From Azolla caroliniana (lineage: Eukaryota; Plantae; Polypodiophyta), in the NCBI GenBank assembly GCA_043228905.1, contig JBHGNT010000012.1, forward strand, positions 13,082,001 through 13,146,000: 64,000 bases of DNA. The letters are read 5' to 3'. Made by a program: the position numbers and the translations under genes. This document shows, one piece after another, positions 47,978-61,775 of this stretch (positions are counted from its first letter, which is position 1; each line of letters starts with the position of its first letter). Under the pieces are notes generated by a model. It did no database searches and was not told the DNA's origin. It saw only the letters and a program-made list of their open reading frames with translations.

Positions 47978-50900
47978 TGTCGTGGAGAAAACCGTCCCTA
48001 GGAGGAATCAGTGGATAGTGTGCGTGAACCGGCCCTTACACACGGGCACATGTTTTGATATATTTACATACATGGTTAAGTACAGGTTGGCAATATAATT
48101 ATCCTGGGTAGCACGAATTCTTTAACTAGAGAATAACAATGATTTAACAGTCGGTAAACGGCTCTCTCTCCTTGTGCTATAAAAGGAGGGGGAAAGAGCT
48201 GAGTAAGCATCATGCGTTTTGAGAGGACGAAGTGCTGTCGAACTGGGTACTGAGCTCTCTCCTCCACCATCGTTGTTGCAGGGTTTCTTTTTTGGGTTAG
48301 GTTGGCTGCCTCTGCTGCGTGAAAGCCCGCGTGCTTCCGGTAGAGGCTCCACCATGTACTAGTGCGTGTGTTTGTTTGTGTTGAGTCTGTCACCGGCTTG
48401 CCGGTTGTAACATTGCAAGTTGTAATCTATATTGTTATTGGAATTAATTCTTTTGTGTCTGTCTCTCTGTGTTTCTGCGAATCTCTCTTTCTCCTCTCTG
48501 TCACGCTCCTCAGTTCAGGGCCCCTGCGGACTTGCCTTATTTCATACGCGTGAGCGTAACAACACGACATTAATTTGGTGAACCTGACGTGAATTAAGGC
48601 GGTAGAGGAATAAAAAATGAGGGGATCAGAGCTCGTCGAAGCCATGGTGACAGCAGTCGATTGGGTAGTAAGTGCTCGCGAGGGCACGGGCGCCCTCGAC
48701 AGGGCCATCGAAGCAATTGTCGGCACAATAGGCCAGTTCGATGAGAAGGACGCCACGAGTTATTTGGTGGCCTACCGGGCTGAAATGGTGATGAGGGACA
48801 TCTCGGAGGAGAGGCGTCTGGTTGGGTTCCCTTGGGTAGCGACACCGAGCATCCACGCATAGGTGCTCGAGGTGCAGGCTGGATGCCGGACCTGGGGGGA
48901 ATTCGAAGCGTGGCTCCTCGAACGGTACGGGCTTGATGACACGCTTCGGTTGTCAAAGCAGGACTTTATGGATTGGGTGGAGACCCCGGGAAAGGGGAGG
49001 AATGCGTCGGCGCTCCTCTGGAAATTTGAGGAACACTTCGCACGCCTCTCAGCAATGGACAAGACCGTACTGGACACGAGCCGGGTCCTTTTATTCGTCA
49101 AAGCTGTGGACGTGCGGGATCGGGAGCAAGTGGGTCTCTTGTTGGAGACAGACGATGGGCTGACGACCGACTAGGCCGTGGTAAAAGGGGTCTGTGGCCG
49201 TTTCGACAAACAGCGTGAGTGGTTCGACAAGGGCTCGTCGGGGGCAGGAGCGGTTGCGGCAAGAAACCTCGAGGGACCCCCGCCGGCGCGCAAGGAGGAA
49301 ACTCAGGATAGGCTTGAGACAGGCACGTCCAGTGTGGTCAAGGGCCCGTCCGACGGAGCGGCTTTGGAAGAACTGAGACAGATGGTACGAGACCTCTAGA
49401 TTGCACGGAGGGACGGCGGCGAGCAGTCTCGCGACCGAAGGCCTTCGGGTGGGCATCAATGTTTGTGGTGTGACTAAGTCGGTCACGTCCGGAAGGACTT
49501 CGTGGACTTCGCGGAAGCAATAAGGGCTAATGTGGTATACCTATGGAACGGGAGGGTGCACGCTAGCGAGACCCAGAGAGGCCTGGAGCTGAATATCGGA
49601 CGGGGAGGGATGATGACGCTGATGGAAGAAGCGGCGGCGTGCCACATAGAGACCATCCACTACTCGGCGTCGGTAGGAATCTGGGTCGGGAGTGACAAAG
49701 GCCGAAAGACAAAAGACTCCGGGTTCTAGCCGGTGGTGTTAGAAGGCCTCGCCGGCATGCGGTTGAGAAGGGAGGAAGTGGACCGTGCGGAAAGACGGGT
49801 CCGGGAGGTCATCGGGTGGAGCGATCCGGTCAAAGAAAAGACCAGCTTTGTGGAAGTCACGTGCCAGAACTACGAAGTTCTGGTAGAAGACAAGCATGTG
49901 GGAAAAGCCGGAGGGCCCGGACCCTCACAACAGTACGAGACCCGATCCGGGCCAAAGCAGAATGACGTCGGTGCTGCCAGCACACCGGATAAAGCAAAGA
50001 AAGCCGGTTACCGATTGAGTACCAAGATAGAAAGAACGACAGACCTGCGGAAGGTCCTTGAGGAACGGATCCTCGATAGCAAGGTGGAGTTGTCGCTGAG
50101 GGAAGTGCTTGGGATCGCCAAGAAAGAATTCCATGACTCCATCGTGGACTTGGTGAAGCGAAAAAGGCTTTCGACGGAGCCGGAGACGGAGAAGTCGGTG
50201 GAGGTGCAAACAACACACCTAGAAGACATGGCCCTAGAAGACGAGTTGGCAGAAAGTCACTATTCAAAGCTGTAGTGGGCAAGACCCATTATGGAGACCC
50301 CGGTTAGGATCGGGGACGTCCAGGAGCCGGCGGTGGCATTGGTGGACCACAGTTTGGAAATCAACCTAATGTCTATGGACTTCTACAAGAAGGGCAAGTG
50401 GCCGATCAACACCAAGCACGGTGGAAAATACGAGCAATGACACGCGCCACAGAGGAGCTACATGAGGCATGCCCGAATGTACGGGTAAAAATTGGTGATG
50501 ATGAGATTGACCAGCATTTCTTCGTGTAGGAGACATCCTCGCATCCAATGATACTCAGAAAACCGTACATTACGACAGCATGCATGGAGACAAAGGTGCT
50601 AGATAACAGTTCGGTGTGTGCGCGTGTGAAGAGCCAAGATGGGAGACACTTCGTCCAATTTCTGACGGAGCGACCGAACCATGAGCGCAAGAGGGCTATC
50701 AAGGCCTGGGGCCGAGATAGTCCGGACTCCCCAGAAACACCCCACACGTGTATCATAGCAAGGAAGCCTTGTACGATAGATAGGAAATTTTGGTTCTTCG
50801 ACAACGGAGGCTGTACGATAACCGGCATTAACGGCCGGGAGAACAAATATTACGATCATGACCATTTAATATCCGATGGTGAGAATTTACCGTAGTATTC

Positions 50901-53900
50901 TATACACGTGGATAAGTGTGAGGGTTAAACGAGAGTGTAAAGAAGGGGAGGATTACATTTAATCCTCGGGATTGAGACAACCCATTAGGTCAAGTGTGAA
51001 CTTGCCTGGGGGCCTTGGGTATCGCTATAAATAAGAGGCCTAGCTACCCTCATTTGATCATCTTTTTGACTACATCGAGACTCTGCTCTTGTCGTGGGTC
51101 AACTCTTGTAGCGAGCGCACCAGCACCATGTACAACTCGACGCCACGGCGGTGGTATGGGACGCCGATCGAGCCTCGAGTCCATCTAGATCCCTTCGCTC
51201 GGGGGTGGTCAACTCTTGTAGCGAGCGCGCCAGCACCAGGTACGACTCGACGCCACGACGGTGGTATGGGACGCCGATCGAGGCTCGAGTCTGTCTCGAT
51301 CCCTTCGCTCGGGGGTGGTCGGGTGGATCGGCACCCTTCTCTCTCTTTCTCCTTTCTATCTATCATTACTTTATCCTTATCTTAAGCTTACTTTAGTACC
51401 TAGATCTCTAATATTTGGTATCAGATTTATGTACTAATGTTTCTTTGTTTTTCATTTGTCTTTTGATTGATGCTGATCGATCGATGTGCGGTCAGCCTTG
51501 ATCCAGACAACGATCAACAAAGAACTTCGGTAACTCTTTCCATAATTTTGTTTTTCTATTCTCTCTTCTCCCATCTAATCCTGTGTTTAGTTTATATGTC
51601 ATTTTTTTATATTAACTCAATGATGTTGTAGTCGTCTTTAATTAATTATCTAAAACGTTTACATATGTGCACGAGGTCAAAACCTCGTTTGACATATTAA
51701 TAATATGTGATGAGTGTCGTATGCGTACGAGGTTAATACGTCAATTACGTATTACGTTCACGAACATATGTTACGTATGCGTATGAGTTTAATACCTTGA
51801 TTTGTTGTAATCTATATGCGGTTGGTCTCGTATGCGTAAGAGGTCAATACCTCAATTGCGTATTACGATGATCTCTTATTTGTGGATGTTTCGTGTGCGT
51901 AGAGGTATATACCTCGATTACGTATCTCGATCACATCATTTGTGGCTATTTAATATAACGATATGTTTAATATAGGCATATGTGGTCACGTATATACGTA
52001 TTTGATCGTATATATGTCATAAGTAAACATATGTGTATATTCGTTATTACGTGATTATATCGAAAGTTGTCCTTGTCGGGAAAAGGATGTTGGTGGCCAT
52101 CCTCACATTTTTGTGAGAATGGCGTTGTCACCATCCCTTTTTCAACAATTTTTTATTGTTGACAACCCCATTGATGACCTCGATTTCGTTACGTAAAGAA
52201 ACGCCAATAGCCATAATGATGTTGAGTACGTAGGGCTTGACCCACTTCAAGTGAGGTCGCTCCAATGACACACGTATCCAACATCCCTCCCTCGTTACAT
52301 GGATACGATGCCACCATAAGCTCGTTCTTACGAGAGGCATTCGTAATGACTTGACCATGTGATGGGCCACGTTGGCCTACTACAAAACGAGGGCTCATTT
52401 GGCTTGACCATTAGGTTGCAATTTGGCGTATGCCATCGTAATTACGAGACTTGAGGTTAGGTAACGTACCAACATAGTTTTGGTAAATGAGGGCGAAATA
52501 AGGACCCTTGAAATATACGTTCTTTTAAAAAAAAACATATATGATCAATTGCCTCGCATATCTCTTATACGCATCAAACATTAAGCATTTGAGAAGAGCA
52601 ACTTACTTGGTTGGCTCAAGTGTTTAATGTATTTGTTCTCGAGGTCTCGATTTCAAATATGACCAAGACCATACAACATGCTTGATACATATGACTATAA
52701 CACATGTTTAGACTTGAGGTCTAAGTGCACCTCGGGGTCCTCGTAATAGGACTTAAAGAGCCGAAACCACATATGTGGGCATCGAAACATAGTTTATTGT
52801 TAACATTTTTTTCGTGTATAAACTATTCATGACGCGAACATACATGGTTGAGCCTCGGGGAGCCACCATGAAAAAATCGATATAGAGATCAGGGAAAGAC
52901 ATTAAATTGTCACCCCCATGGTTTTTAAAACACCTTTGTGTTACCATAGTAACCTGCTCTTCAACCTCATCTCATACGTCTAGAGGGGTATTGACGTGAG
53001 ATAATGATATCGATTAATGCTCGCCCATGATATGTTTACATCACGACATGATGTTATGACTATATCTCTGACCTTATCCTATTTCTTTTCCAGAAATAAT
53101 CTTTAATGGCAGCACAAGCTTTAATGAACCTCTCTAGCAGGAAATTTTCCTCGCTAGAAGACTATGTTCACCAATGGACAATTGGTTGATAGCTTGTTTT
53201 GTCAATGGCATCCCCAATTCGAACTATCACTGGATAGTGCACGATAAGGATCCAAAATCCTTTGAAGACGTCGTTGAAATAGTTCTTCGCTATCAACGCA
53301 CTTCGAAGAAGGACCACAACAAACCCAACGAAGCACCCGGGACTAAGCAGTCGCAATTTGTTGGGAAACGCAAGACATCCAACTAATTCATGGATCGCGA
53401 TTGTAAGCGACAACATCCTTTTTGCGTATTCTGCAAAAAGAAGGGTCATACAAAAGATCAATGTCGAAAGCTCCAACGGAAAGAGCACGACAACAAAGTT
53501 AAAGCTACAGACCATAAAGGTCAGATTCCTAATGTCCTTCTGGTCTATACACATCATTTAAGTAATTGTCAATGTTCTTTCCCTCACTATGTATTGGGTC
53601 CCAATGATTTACTACATGCAAACGGGTATATCAATGGATCTCCCGTACAATTTTTATTTAATTCGGGAAGCTCACACAATTTTGTGAATGATCGTTTGGT
53701 TCAGATATGGGGAATCCAACCAACTGTAAGTGATCACACCTACACGGTGCACATGGCTGATGGAAGAGTACAATACATCAACGGGGCGATTCATTCATTA
53801 GTAATTTCTATTGATACTTATATAGAGGAAGTAGACTTCCATGTAATGAATCTTTGTACCACCGATGTAATACTGGGTTATCCTTGGTTTTATAATAAAA

Positions 53901-56900
53901 ATTCTTCTTTATTTATTGATTGGGTTCGCCATTCCATTTCTTTTGTATTGAACGATTGTACGCATTTTTGGCTATTTTATATTACGATTTCTTTTATATA
54001 TGCATATGTGGTCACGTGTATACGTATCTGATCGTATATATGTGATAATATACATATGTGTATATAAGTTATTACGTGATTTCAATATCGAATGTTTTCC
54101 TTTTTCGGGGAAAGGATCTTGGTGGCCGTCCTAACATTTTTGTAACAATGGTGTTGTCACCATCCCATTTTCAACAAATTTTTATTTAATGTGTAAAAAA
54201 ACAATCCCTCTCGATTGTTTCCTCGTGTCCATCAATATCCGAGTTGTCTTGGTCTACGTTATTTTATTGTGTACTTGATCCGGACATTCACGTTTACAAT
54301 ATCGATAATGTCCCGGTTCAATTAACATATTTTGAACAACAACAACTTGATGAAATCTTAAATGATTTTCATGATGTTTTTCCAAGTGAACTACCTGATG
54401 GGTTACCTCCTAAACGTAATATAGACCATGGTATAAATATTGTACCTAGTGTTGCACCAATATGTATACCTCCGTATCGCTTAAGTCGATCCGAAGAAGA
54501 TGAGGTATCTAAGCAACTCAAGGACTATTTACGAATGGGTTATATACGTTATAGTAAATCTCCATGGGGTGCACCAGTTCTCTTGGTTAAAAAGAAAGAG
54601 GGCACATGGCGTATGTGTATTAATTACCGACGCTTGAATAAAGTGACGATCAAGAATTCGTATCCATTGCCCCGGGATGACGATCTAATTGACCGTCTCC
54701 AAGGAGCTCGGTATTTTACGAAACTTGATCTCCGTACTGGCTACCATCAAATACGAATAAGTGAGGACGATGTTCCTAAAACGGCATTTCGTATGCGCTA
54801 TGGCCATTACGAGTTTTTGGTTATGCCTTTTGGTTTGACCAATGCTCCGGCTACTTTTCAACAAGAAATGAATGACATTTTCCAAGAACAACTTGGAAAA
54901 TTTGTTGTTATTTTCTTTGATGATATTTTAGTTTATAGCCGTACATTACAAGAACATGTTAGAAATGTCCGCTTTGTTTTACAAATATTGCGTGACAAAC
55001 AGTTTTATGCAAAGATCTCAAAATGTGAGTTCTTCAAGAAATCAATTACTTATCTAGGACATCTCATAACCGAACGAGGAGTTGAAATTGATCCTTCTCG
55101 CATTCAGAAAATCAAGCTTTGGCCCACTCTTCGGAATATTCGGGAAGTTCGATCATTCCTTGGTTTTGTGGGGTTTTTGCGAAAGTCTCTTCGTAATTAC
55201 TCCCAATTGACGACGCCGTTTACTGATCTTTTAAAAGGTCAAACGCGTAAGTCTACAAAACCTATTGTGTGGAATGCTACACTAGACCTCGGCTTTAAGG
55301 AACTCAAGGACCTTGTTTGCAAGGCTCCTTCACTTCTTTTACCTGGTCCTTCAAAACCTTTTGAGGTTGAAATTGATGCAAGCGATTATGCTATAGGTGT
55401 TGTCTTGTATCAAGATGGTAAACCAATAGCATTCGAGAGTAAGAAACTTGATTCTGCTCAATGTCGGTATACCGTTCTAGAAAAGGAATTATTTGTAGTT
55501 ATACATGCGCTCAAAACATGGTGCCATTATCTTTATGGAAATCGCTATGTGGTAACTACAGACCACGAGTCCTTGAAATATTTTTGTGACCAACAAGACC
55601 TGAAAGGTCGTAAGGCACGATGGGCTGATCTCATCCAGGACTTTGATTTTTCCATACGATATCGTAAAGGTTCCATGAACACTGTCGCTGATGCACTAAG
55701 TCGCATCCGTGAAGTTAACATGCTTAGCTTCATTGAAATACTGGGCAAGAGTTGAGTCTGGAATAGACACCATCACATCCTCGAAGGAATACTTCCACAT
55801 TGCTAACGGTTTGCTCTACCATAATGGGAAGGTTTGTGTTCCAGATTTACCCGAGGTCAAAAAGAGGATTCTTTTTTAATGCCATGATGCACCCTCAACA
55901 GGGCACCCTGGAACACATCGTACACTCGTTCTCATCTCCACTCAATTTTATTGGCCTAAGATGCGTCCTGACATACATAGCTATCTGACTAAATGTCACC
56001 AGTGTCAGGTTAACAAAGCCGAGCGACTTAAAGCCGCAGGACTTTTACATCCCTTGGACATTCCCAATAATAAGTGGGAAAGTATATCCATGGATTTTAT
56101 TGTTAGCCTTCCTTGCACCCAAAAAGGTCATGATGCCATCTGGGTTGTCATTGATCGAATAACTAAAATGGCTAGATTTATTGCTACTAAAACCACGGTA
56201 ACAGCTCCTGAATTGGCTTACCAATTCGTTGACGAATTGTTTCATTTTTATGGGTTACCGATGGATATCATGAGTGATCGAGATCCAAAGTTTACTCGTG
56301 ACTTCTGGACACAAGTTTTTAAGAAGTTAGAAATTGCGTTGAGCATGAGCTCCACGGATCATCCTCAATCCGATGGACAGACAGAACGAGTAAATCGAGC
56401 TTCAAGCATACGTTGGTGTAAAACAAACAAAATGGGAACGTTATCTCCCAATTTTGGAGTTTGCTTATAACAGCTCGAAGCATACGTCGACAGGATATAG
56501 TCCTTTTTTGTTGATGTAGGGTTTTTAGCCACGAGCCCCGATTGATGTTAATATACATCATGATGAATTGCGAAGTATGCAAAACTTTGTTCGGGATATG
56601 CAAGATATGTTGCATATTGCACGAGATAATATAAAAACAGCTCAAGATAGAGTGTGTTTTTATGCCGACCATCATAGGCAACCTCGTGTATTCATCCCTG
56701 GACAGAAGGTATTTTTACGTGTACCTCAGAATTCTAAGACATTGTCTACGGGTAAGTGCGCTAAGTTAGCCCCACGGTTTTGTGGACCTTTTATAGTTCT
56801 CAAAAGCATTGGGTCATCAGCCTATCGTCTCGCTCTTCCCGATGCTGTGGGAATTCATCTAGTCTTCCATGTGAGTCATCTAAAAGAACTTCTAGGTTCT

Positions 56901-59900
56901 GGCGACAATACAGTTACAACTGAAACTCTGGTTACTTCTGAAGAATTATCTTCTAAACCACATGTACCATAAAGAATTCTCGATGTTAAAACAAAAAAAT
57001 TACGTACTAAAGAAATCCGAGAATTTAAAATAAAATGGATGGATAAATCAATAAAAGATGCCACATGGGAACGCGAAAATACTCTCAGAACTAATTTCCC
57101 TAACTTTCCATTGCAAGAGTGCAATGTTATAAAGAGGGGGAGTATGTTACGAGCATGACCATTTAATATCCCGTGGTGAGAATTTACCGTAGTATTCTAT
57201 ACACGTGGATAAGTGTGAGGGTTAAACGAGAGTGTAAAGAAGGGGAGGATTACTTTTAATCCTCGGGATTGAGACAACCCATTAGGTCAAGTGTGAACTT
57301 GCCTGGGGGCCTTGGGTATCGCTATAAATAAGAGGCCTAGCTACTCTCATTTGATCATCTTTTGACTACATCAAGACTGTGCTCTTGTGGTGGGTCAACT
57401 CTTGTAGCGAGCGCGCCAGCACTAGGTACGACTCAACGCCACGACGGTGGTATGGGACGCCGATCGAGGCTCGAGTCCGTCTTGATCCCTTCGGTCGGGG
57501 GTGGTCGGGTGGATCGGCACCCTTCTTTCTCTTTCTCCTTTCTATCTATCATTTGCTTATCCTTATCTTAAGCTTACTTTAGTACTTAGATCTCTAATAA
57601 GAAATGGGCAGAGGAACGTCTCAAGGTGTGCGGGGTCCTAGGCCTCGACGATGAGATTGGTGGAGCCGTGGAGGCGGTCTCTTTCGACGACGCCTTGGGG
57701 GAATTAAAGAAGGTGTTCAAAGAAGGGCTTCGCGAAGACCCGACGATTCCGGTTAATTCAAAAAGGATGTACTAGGTCATCGCGGAGACCCGACTTCGGG
57801 GAGAGGGTCGAGTTGGATCAGACGGACCATGTGCATACGAAGTACAAGACTGTGTACCGGAAGGTGAGGCCGGTCGCGGCACCCTTGCCGGAGGGCAGCG
57901 GGTTACGGATGAAAGGGGTCGCGTCGGACCCAAGTCTACGGGATCCGATCGGCATAGGAGACCGGTTCACCAACATAACACTACGGGAGCTCAAGGTTGG
58001 TGGGGGTGGCTTCCTACTGCCAGAGGAGAAGGAACGGTTTCAGAGAATGCTCAGGAGGCACGGGAAGACCTTCGCATTCTCGCCAGAAGAGATCGGTTGC
58101 GCGGACTCGACGGTCGTTGAGCCGATGGTTATCTTTATGGTACCGTATGTACCGTGGAACCTCAAACCGATTCCGGTACCCAGAGCTCACATTCCGAAGC
58201 TGATGGAGCTGCTGAAACAGAAGGTGGAGATGGGCATCCTCGAACCGTCGAGTGCCCCATACTCGAATCGATGGTTTATCGTGCCAAAGAAGAACGACAT
58301 GTTGCGCTTTATTCAGGACCTACAGTCGGTCAACAAGGTGACCATTCGGAACGCAGGAATCGAACCGACCATTGACGAGTTCGCGGAAGCCTTCGCTGGA
58401 AGGTCGATTTACTCTATTAGGGATCTGTACTCAGGGTATGACCAATTCTAACTAGCCGTAGAGAGCAGGGATATTATGACAATGTGGACTCCTCTCGGCC
58501 TAGTATGGATGTGTACCCTCCCGCAAGGGGGGACAAACTCAGTAGCGCACATGGTGAATGCAATGAATAAGGTGCTAAGGGATTGGATTCCGGACATCAC
58601 CATGCCATTTTTGGATGACATTCCGATCAAGGGATGTCCAGTGGAGGGTATGGACGAAACGGTCGGACCGGACGGGTGTCGAAGATTCGTCTTGGACCAC
58701 ATCGGAGACTACGAGAAGGTGCTACAAAGGCTGGAAGACGTGCAACTCACCTTTTCCGGGGAGAAGTCAGCTTTTAGACAATCGGAAATCATGGTCGTCG
58801 GTCATTTGTGTGGGCCTTATGGTCGGAAGCTGTCTCTGGCAAAGGTCGAAGCCATTTCTATGATGAAAGAAGAATGCAAGTCGGTAACGGAAGTCCGGAG
58901 ATTCTTGGGAGCTTGCGCGTTCTACCACATTTGGATCCCGCATTACGCACACATCGCGGAGCCGCTCTACGAGTTGTTGAAGAAAGGAGTCGGTCCGGAA
59001 AATGAAAGAAGTGCTTACTGCAGCGCCGACATTCCGGAAAGCAGTCTACGATAAACGCGCTCTGATTTATGTAACTGTAGACACGAGTTCGACCGGGATC
59101 GGATGGGTGATCAACCAGGAGGATGAGAACGGTGCGAGGTTCCCTGTCCGATTCAGTGCGAAAGTACTTTGCACGCGACAACGAGGGTACGCCCAAGTTA
59201 AATGCAAACTCTGGGGTATTGTTTCGGCAGTCAAGGCCGACAAAGACTACCTGATCGGGACAAATGCCGATTCTCGGTATGGTTTCCGGATGCGTGACGC
59301 CAGACCTGGCAATGCTTAGGTGGATAGCGTACATTAACTCCCTGAATCCGGAGATACGGCACGTTTCCGGGAAAGACAACGCCATGGCCGACATGCTTTC
59401 AAGAGCAAGGTTTGATGACAAAAACCGCATGGTTTCAGAGCACGAGGAAGTCGGCGTGGACTTCTTCGAGACAGCTTACGTGACGATGAGAAGGGAGGGC
59501 ACCTTGGCATTTAACGAGTTTGACGAGAGTAAGTACGAGGGGGAGTGGCTCTAGATCGGTGGGTTCCTGAGAACGATGGCGCCGAACGCGGCATGGACAA
59601 AGGAAGAGGCTAACCGGATCCGGAAGAAAGCGTACCGATTCTTCCTACGGGACAGGAGCATATGGAAGCACCCGAAGAAGCGAGACGGCGTCCCACTCCG
59701 GGTGGTGGCAAAGAAGGAGGAGCAGGAAGCCTTGCTAACGGCGTACCACGAGAGTCCTTGGACTAGACATCGGAGAAGTACTGGTGGTCGGGACTGTATC
59801 GAGACATGCATCAGTTCGTGACGGCTTGCAAAAGCTATCAGATGCATTCTGTAGTCCAACATCGAGACGAGTTGCACCTAACTTACCCGCCGACTGTCCA

Positions 59901-61520
59901 CTTCAAGTGGATGGTGGATTTGGGGACAATGCCGATGGGGGTAGGGCAGTTGCGATACCTGGTGCTAGCACGAGAAGATCTGACGAACCAAGTGGAGGGC
60001 CGAGCATTACCAAACAAGACGACCGTGGCAGTGTGCCGGTTCCTAATCGAGGAGGTGGTGTGTCGGTACGGGTGCGTAGGGAAGATCGTTACAGCAAACC
60101 GTGGAGAACTGGATGCACAAGAGGCCGAAGAACTATTTGAACGGTTAGGGGTTAAACTCTCGCTCACCATGGCGTACAATCCGGAGGCAAACGGGAAGGT
60201 GGAACACGGACACGGGCCAATTGTAAAATTATTGGTACGGGCCTGTGGAGGCCAAGTCGGGAATTGGTCGCGGCTCCTACCCTACACGTTGTGGGCGGAC
60301 CGAACTACACACAGTTCGGCGACCGGGTTCATGCCGGTGGAGCTGATGTACGGGCAGAAGCCAATCATGCCGATGGAGAGGACAATCTCCTCGTGGGTTG
60401 CGGTGGACTAGAGACACGAGATGAGCCAAGAATAGTTGTTAGCGGCGCGGATCTAACAGCTCGAGCGAAGACCGGAGGACGTGGAATGAGCAACGGCGAA
60501 GCTGCGTGCAGCGAGGACAAAGAACAAGGGGAAATTCGACCAGACTCACCGACTACGACCGAGGAAAATCGAGGAAGGCGACTCGGTTCTGGTCTACGAC
60601 AGCAGCCTCGACAACTAGCACAAGGCAATGCGAAAGTTTGCAAGGAGGTGGTTCGGGCCTTATGCGGTTACAAGCACCAACGACAACAGCACCTACCACC
60701 TCGTGAAACTCGACGGAATGAGAATACTTGTGCCGGTGGTTGGGAAGAGGATCAAGGCGTTCAAGAAGCGGCACGAGGACAAACCGGACCTAGAGGACAT
60801 GGATGGCGACGATGACTAGTGTGAAGCGGGTGGCGAACTGGAGAGCAAAAGATAATCACGGGCCGGTCTTCTCCAGAAGAAGTCTATTCTGGCGCATACC
60901 GGAGGATGCGCGGTTAGGTGGGGGCGGATGTCGTGGAGAAAACCGTCCCTACGAGGAATCAGTGGATAGTGTGCGTGAACCGGCCCTTACACACGGGCAC
61001 ATGTTTTGATATATTTACATACATGGTTAAGTACAGGTCGGCGATATAATTATCCTGGGTAGCACGAATTCTTTAAGTAGAGAATAACAGTGATTTAATA
61101 GTCGGTAAACAGCTCTCTCTCCTTTTGCTATAAAAGGAGGGAGAAAGAGCTGAGTAAGCATCGCGCATTTTGAGAGGATGAAGTGTTGTTGGACTGGGTA
61201 CCAAGCTCTCTCCTCCACCATCGTTGTTGCAGGATTTTTCTTTTCAGTTAGGTTGGCTGCCTCTACTGTGTGAAAGCTCGCATGCTTCCGGTAGAGGCTC
61301 CACCACATACTAGTGCGTGTGTTTGTCTATGTTGAGTCTGTCACTAGCTTTCCAGTTGTAACATTGCAAGCTGTAATCTATATTGTTATTGGAATTGATT
61401 CTTTCGTGTCTGTCTCTCTATGTTTCTGCGAATCTCTCTTCCTCCTCTCTCTCACGCTCCTCGGTTCAGGGCCCCCGCAGTTCCACCTTATTTCATACGC
61501 GTGAGCGTAACAACATGACA
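47978..61520 (+). mobile_element. Full-length decayed Gypsy element 'C' with a nested family A copy
   Basis: 592-bp LTRs 47978-48569 and 60929-61520, PBS 48576-48594, PPT ~60915-60928, gag from 48617, RT (DLYSGYDQF, LPQGGTNS, FLDDIPIKG), RH (VTVDTS), IN (WMVDL, YNPEANGKVE). Confidence 0.93.
50848..57599 (+). mobile_element. Near full-length Gypsy family A chromovirus
   Basis: LTRs 50848-51413 (with ~112-bp internal duplication) and 57145-57599, PBS-Met 51416, PPT 57131-57144, probable TSD ACAAA/AGAAA; gag 5' deleted, RT-RH 54244-55755, IN and chromodomain to ~57110. Confidence 0.93.
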
Positions 61521-61775
61521 AAGTAACGAAATTGAAGTCATTAACAGGGATGTCAACAATAAAAATTTGTTGAAAATGGGATGGTGACAACACCATTGTT
61601 ACAAAAATGTTAGGACGGCCACCAAGATCCTTTCCCCGAAAAAGGAAAACATTCGATATTGAAATCACGTAATAACTTATATACACATATGTATATTATC
61701 ACATATATACGATCAGATACGTATACACGTGACCACATATGCATATATAAAAGAAATCGTAATATAAAATAGCCA

